From: the human T2T-CHM13v2.0 reference genome, Homo sapiens
Length of the DNA stretch: 64,000 bases
Direction: 5' to 3' (one strand)
Assembly: GCF_009914755.1 (NCBI RefSeq)
Contig: NC_060926.1
Every line of letters begins with the position of its first letter. Within the stretch, counting starts at the first letter, position 1. The notes under the pieces were generated by a model. It saw only the letters and a program-made list of their open reading frames with translations. It had not been told where the DNA came from and ran no database searches. This document shows positions 62,200-64,000 of this stretch, piece after piece. A program made the position numbers and the translations under genes.

Positions 62200-63931
62200 G
62201 GAGTGCTATCCAAAACATATGACAGATGCCTTTAATCAATGAGAAAAAAATAAAAAATCCAGTAGAAAAATGGACTGAAGACTTGAGTTGCACATTAGAA
62301 ACCAGACTAGCTAATAACCATGTTTATATTAATATAGTTTAATAAAATGCCCATTATCTTGAAATAGATTGATGTATTTATTCAGCAGCTTATTGTAGCT
62401 GCACTGTCTACAAGGTGCAATTTAAAGACATTTAGAGAATTTCTAACACTGATTTTAATTGTTAATGGAAGTTTAAAGATCTTGAAAATCAGAATGAGAT
62501 GGACAAGTGACTTCTAGTTCATTCATTTTATCTTAATGTTTGTTAAATATCACTTATTCTCTGTTCCCTGATCAGTCACAAATTCTTTGATCTACTAAAG
62601 CAAGTTATCTATACAAGTGTAATAAAATGTCAAGAGGGAAATTTTAGTTAAAAATCTTTGTAAAATTACATAAATGAATATGGCAAATGTTTTGTTATGA
62701 TGATCCCTTCTGTATACTGCATGCCCCAAATTATATTTAAGTGATTAAATGGTTTTCTGCTTTTCTTTAACTTGGAAATCCAAACTTACCACCAAATAAA
62801 AAAATAGCTTTGACAAGGAGAGTTGAATGCAATTAGGGCAATTACTAATTTGTACTTTTAAATTGGATGACTTTCTGCCTTTTTTCCCTCTAATATTTCT
62901 CCTACAAAAAATGCTGTAGCTCTCCAGCAGTTCTAGGAAATAGTGCATGAGGAGATGATGCTAGCTCATGAGGAGATGATGTTAGCTTTTTTATATTTCA
63001 TCTAAATTTAATCTACAGCCTAGTATCAGCAGGGAGAAAAGACATTACAAAGGCAAACTGATGATGATGTTCTTTGTAAATGACTGTATCACCAGTGATT
63101 GGTTATGCCCTCAGGGCGAATTCATAGCTGTCAGTGCTTTTATTTCATTTTAATAAAATCTTACTCACTTGGGGTCGTGGATGATTGAGGCAGTAGCTCT
63201 ATAAGTTGCAGTTTTTCTTTTTTGCCTTTTATTATTGACCCTCAAAATATACGTCTTTGGGTGGTTGTGTTTTTTTATTGCACAAAGTTCCCGAATTGAG
63301 ATTGTTTTTCTTCTCATGAAATTAAAATTGTACTTGTGAAATATCTGGAAAATCCTATAATAATAGCCTTTCCTCAACTTATTTTGTTAAAAAAAAAAGC
63401 TTTCCAAATTAAACAAACAAACAAAACACTGAAAATAAGGTGCTTTTTGGGGGTATACATCTATCATTCTTTAGTATTTAATGATAACTCTAAGAGAAAG
63501 CTATAGGAAATTGATTTGTATTTTAGTTTCATTTTTTGCAGGGATAATGCATCCTTTGCACCACTTCTAAAGTTATAGCATGATCTGTTGAAGTTTTAAT
63601 TTATAATCTCATGAATTTGTTAAAAGGCATACACCAACAATGTCTCTCATGTAGGTAGTTATATCTTTTAATCATGGTGAGGTTGGGTTTGCCAATATTT
63701 TGCCTGCTCTTGTTTGCTTTTAGAATCAAAGTTAAACTTGTCTCATTGAAGCAGTTGGGAGTCCTTAACCCTTTTGTGATATCAAGAAAAGTTTGAATAT
63801 TCAGAAAAATCTTTAAATCCACTGGGGTCTTGTTTTGGGAGGGATTGAAAAGATTTTTAATTATTGATTGTACTTCTGAAATATTACAGGTCCAATTCAA
63901 TCTCCTTTCTCTAATAATTAAATACTCTCAA

Positions 63932-64000
63932 GCCAGGTGCAGTGGCTCACACTTGTAATCCCAGCACTTTGGGAGGCCAAGGCAGGTGGATCACTTGAGG
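63932..64000 (+). mobile_element. Alu 5' end, cut by the window edge
   Basis: GCCAGGTGCAGTGGCTCAC... Confidence 0.9.

Noticed and set aside
62946-62987. 21-bp tandem duplication (also an 18-bp one near 30978-31015)
   Set aside because: Ordinary two-copy slippage duplications with no sign of function

Overview
Primate (human-like) genomic DNA, recognisable as the FBXO48-APLF locus. A CpG-island bidirectional promoter at ~31.3-32.3 kb drives FBXO48 on the minus strand (complete 155-aa CDS in two exons, probable ~4.8 kb 3' UTR) and APLF on the plus strand (exons 1-2, N-terminal FHA domain). The left third holds a processed WDR4 pseudogene that keeps its 3' UTR and poly(A) tail, and a ~4.35 kb AT-only array grown inside an L1. 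The rest is mostly Alu, L1, L2, MaLR/ERV1 LTR and Tigger/MER repeats. I see no new protein-coding system. The most unusual signals are fossils of DNA/RNA transactions: (1) an L1PA insertion whose 5' junction carries the last ~16 nt of U6 snRNA; (2) a templated insertion plus inverted duplication in APLF intron 1; (3) the block-structured, hairpin-rich AT array; (4) a young AluYb forming an inverted-Alu cluster in the probable FBXO48 3' UTR. Repeat subfamily names and most repeat boundaries are by eye and from remembered consensus sequences, so they are approximate.
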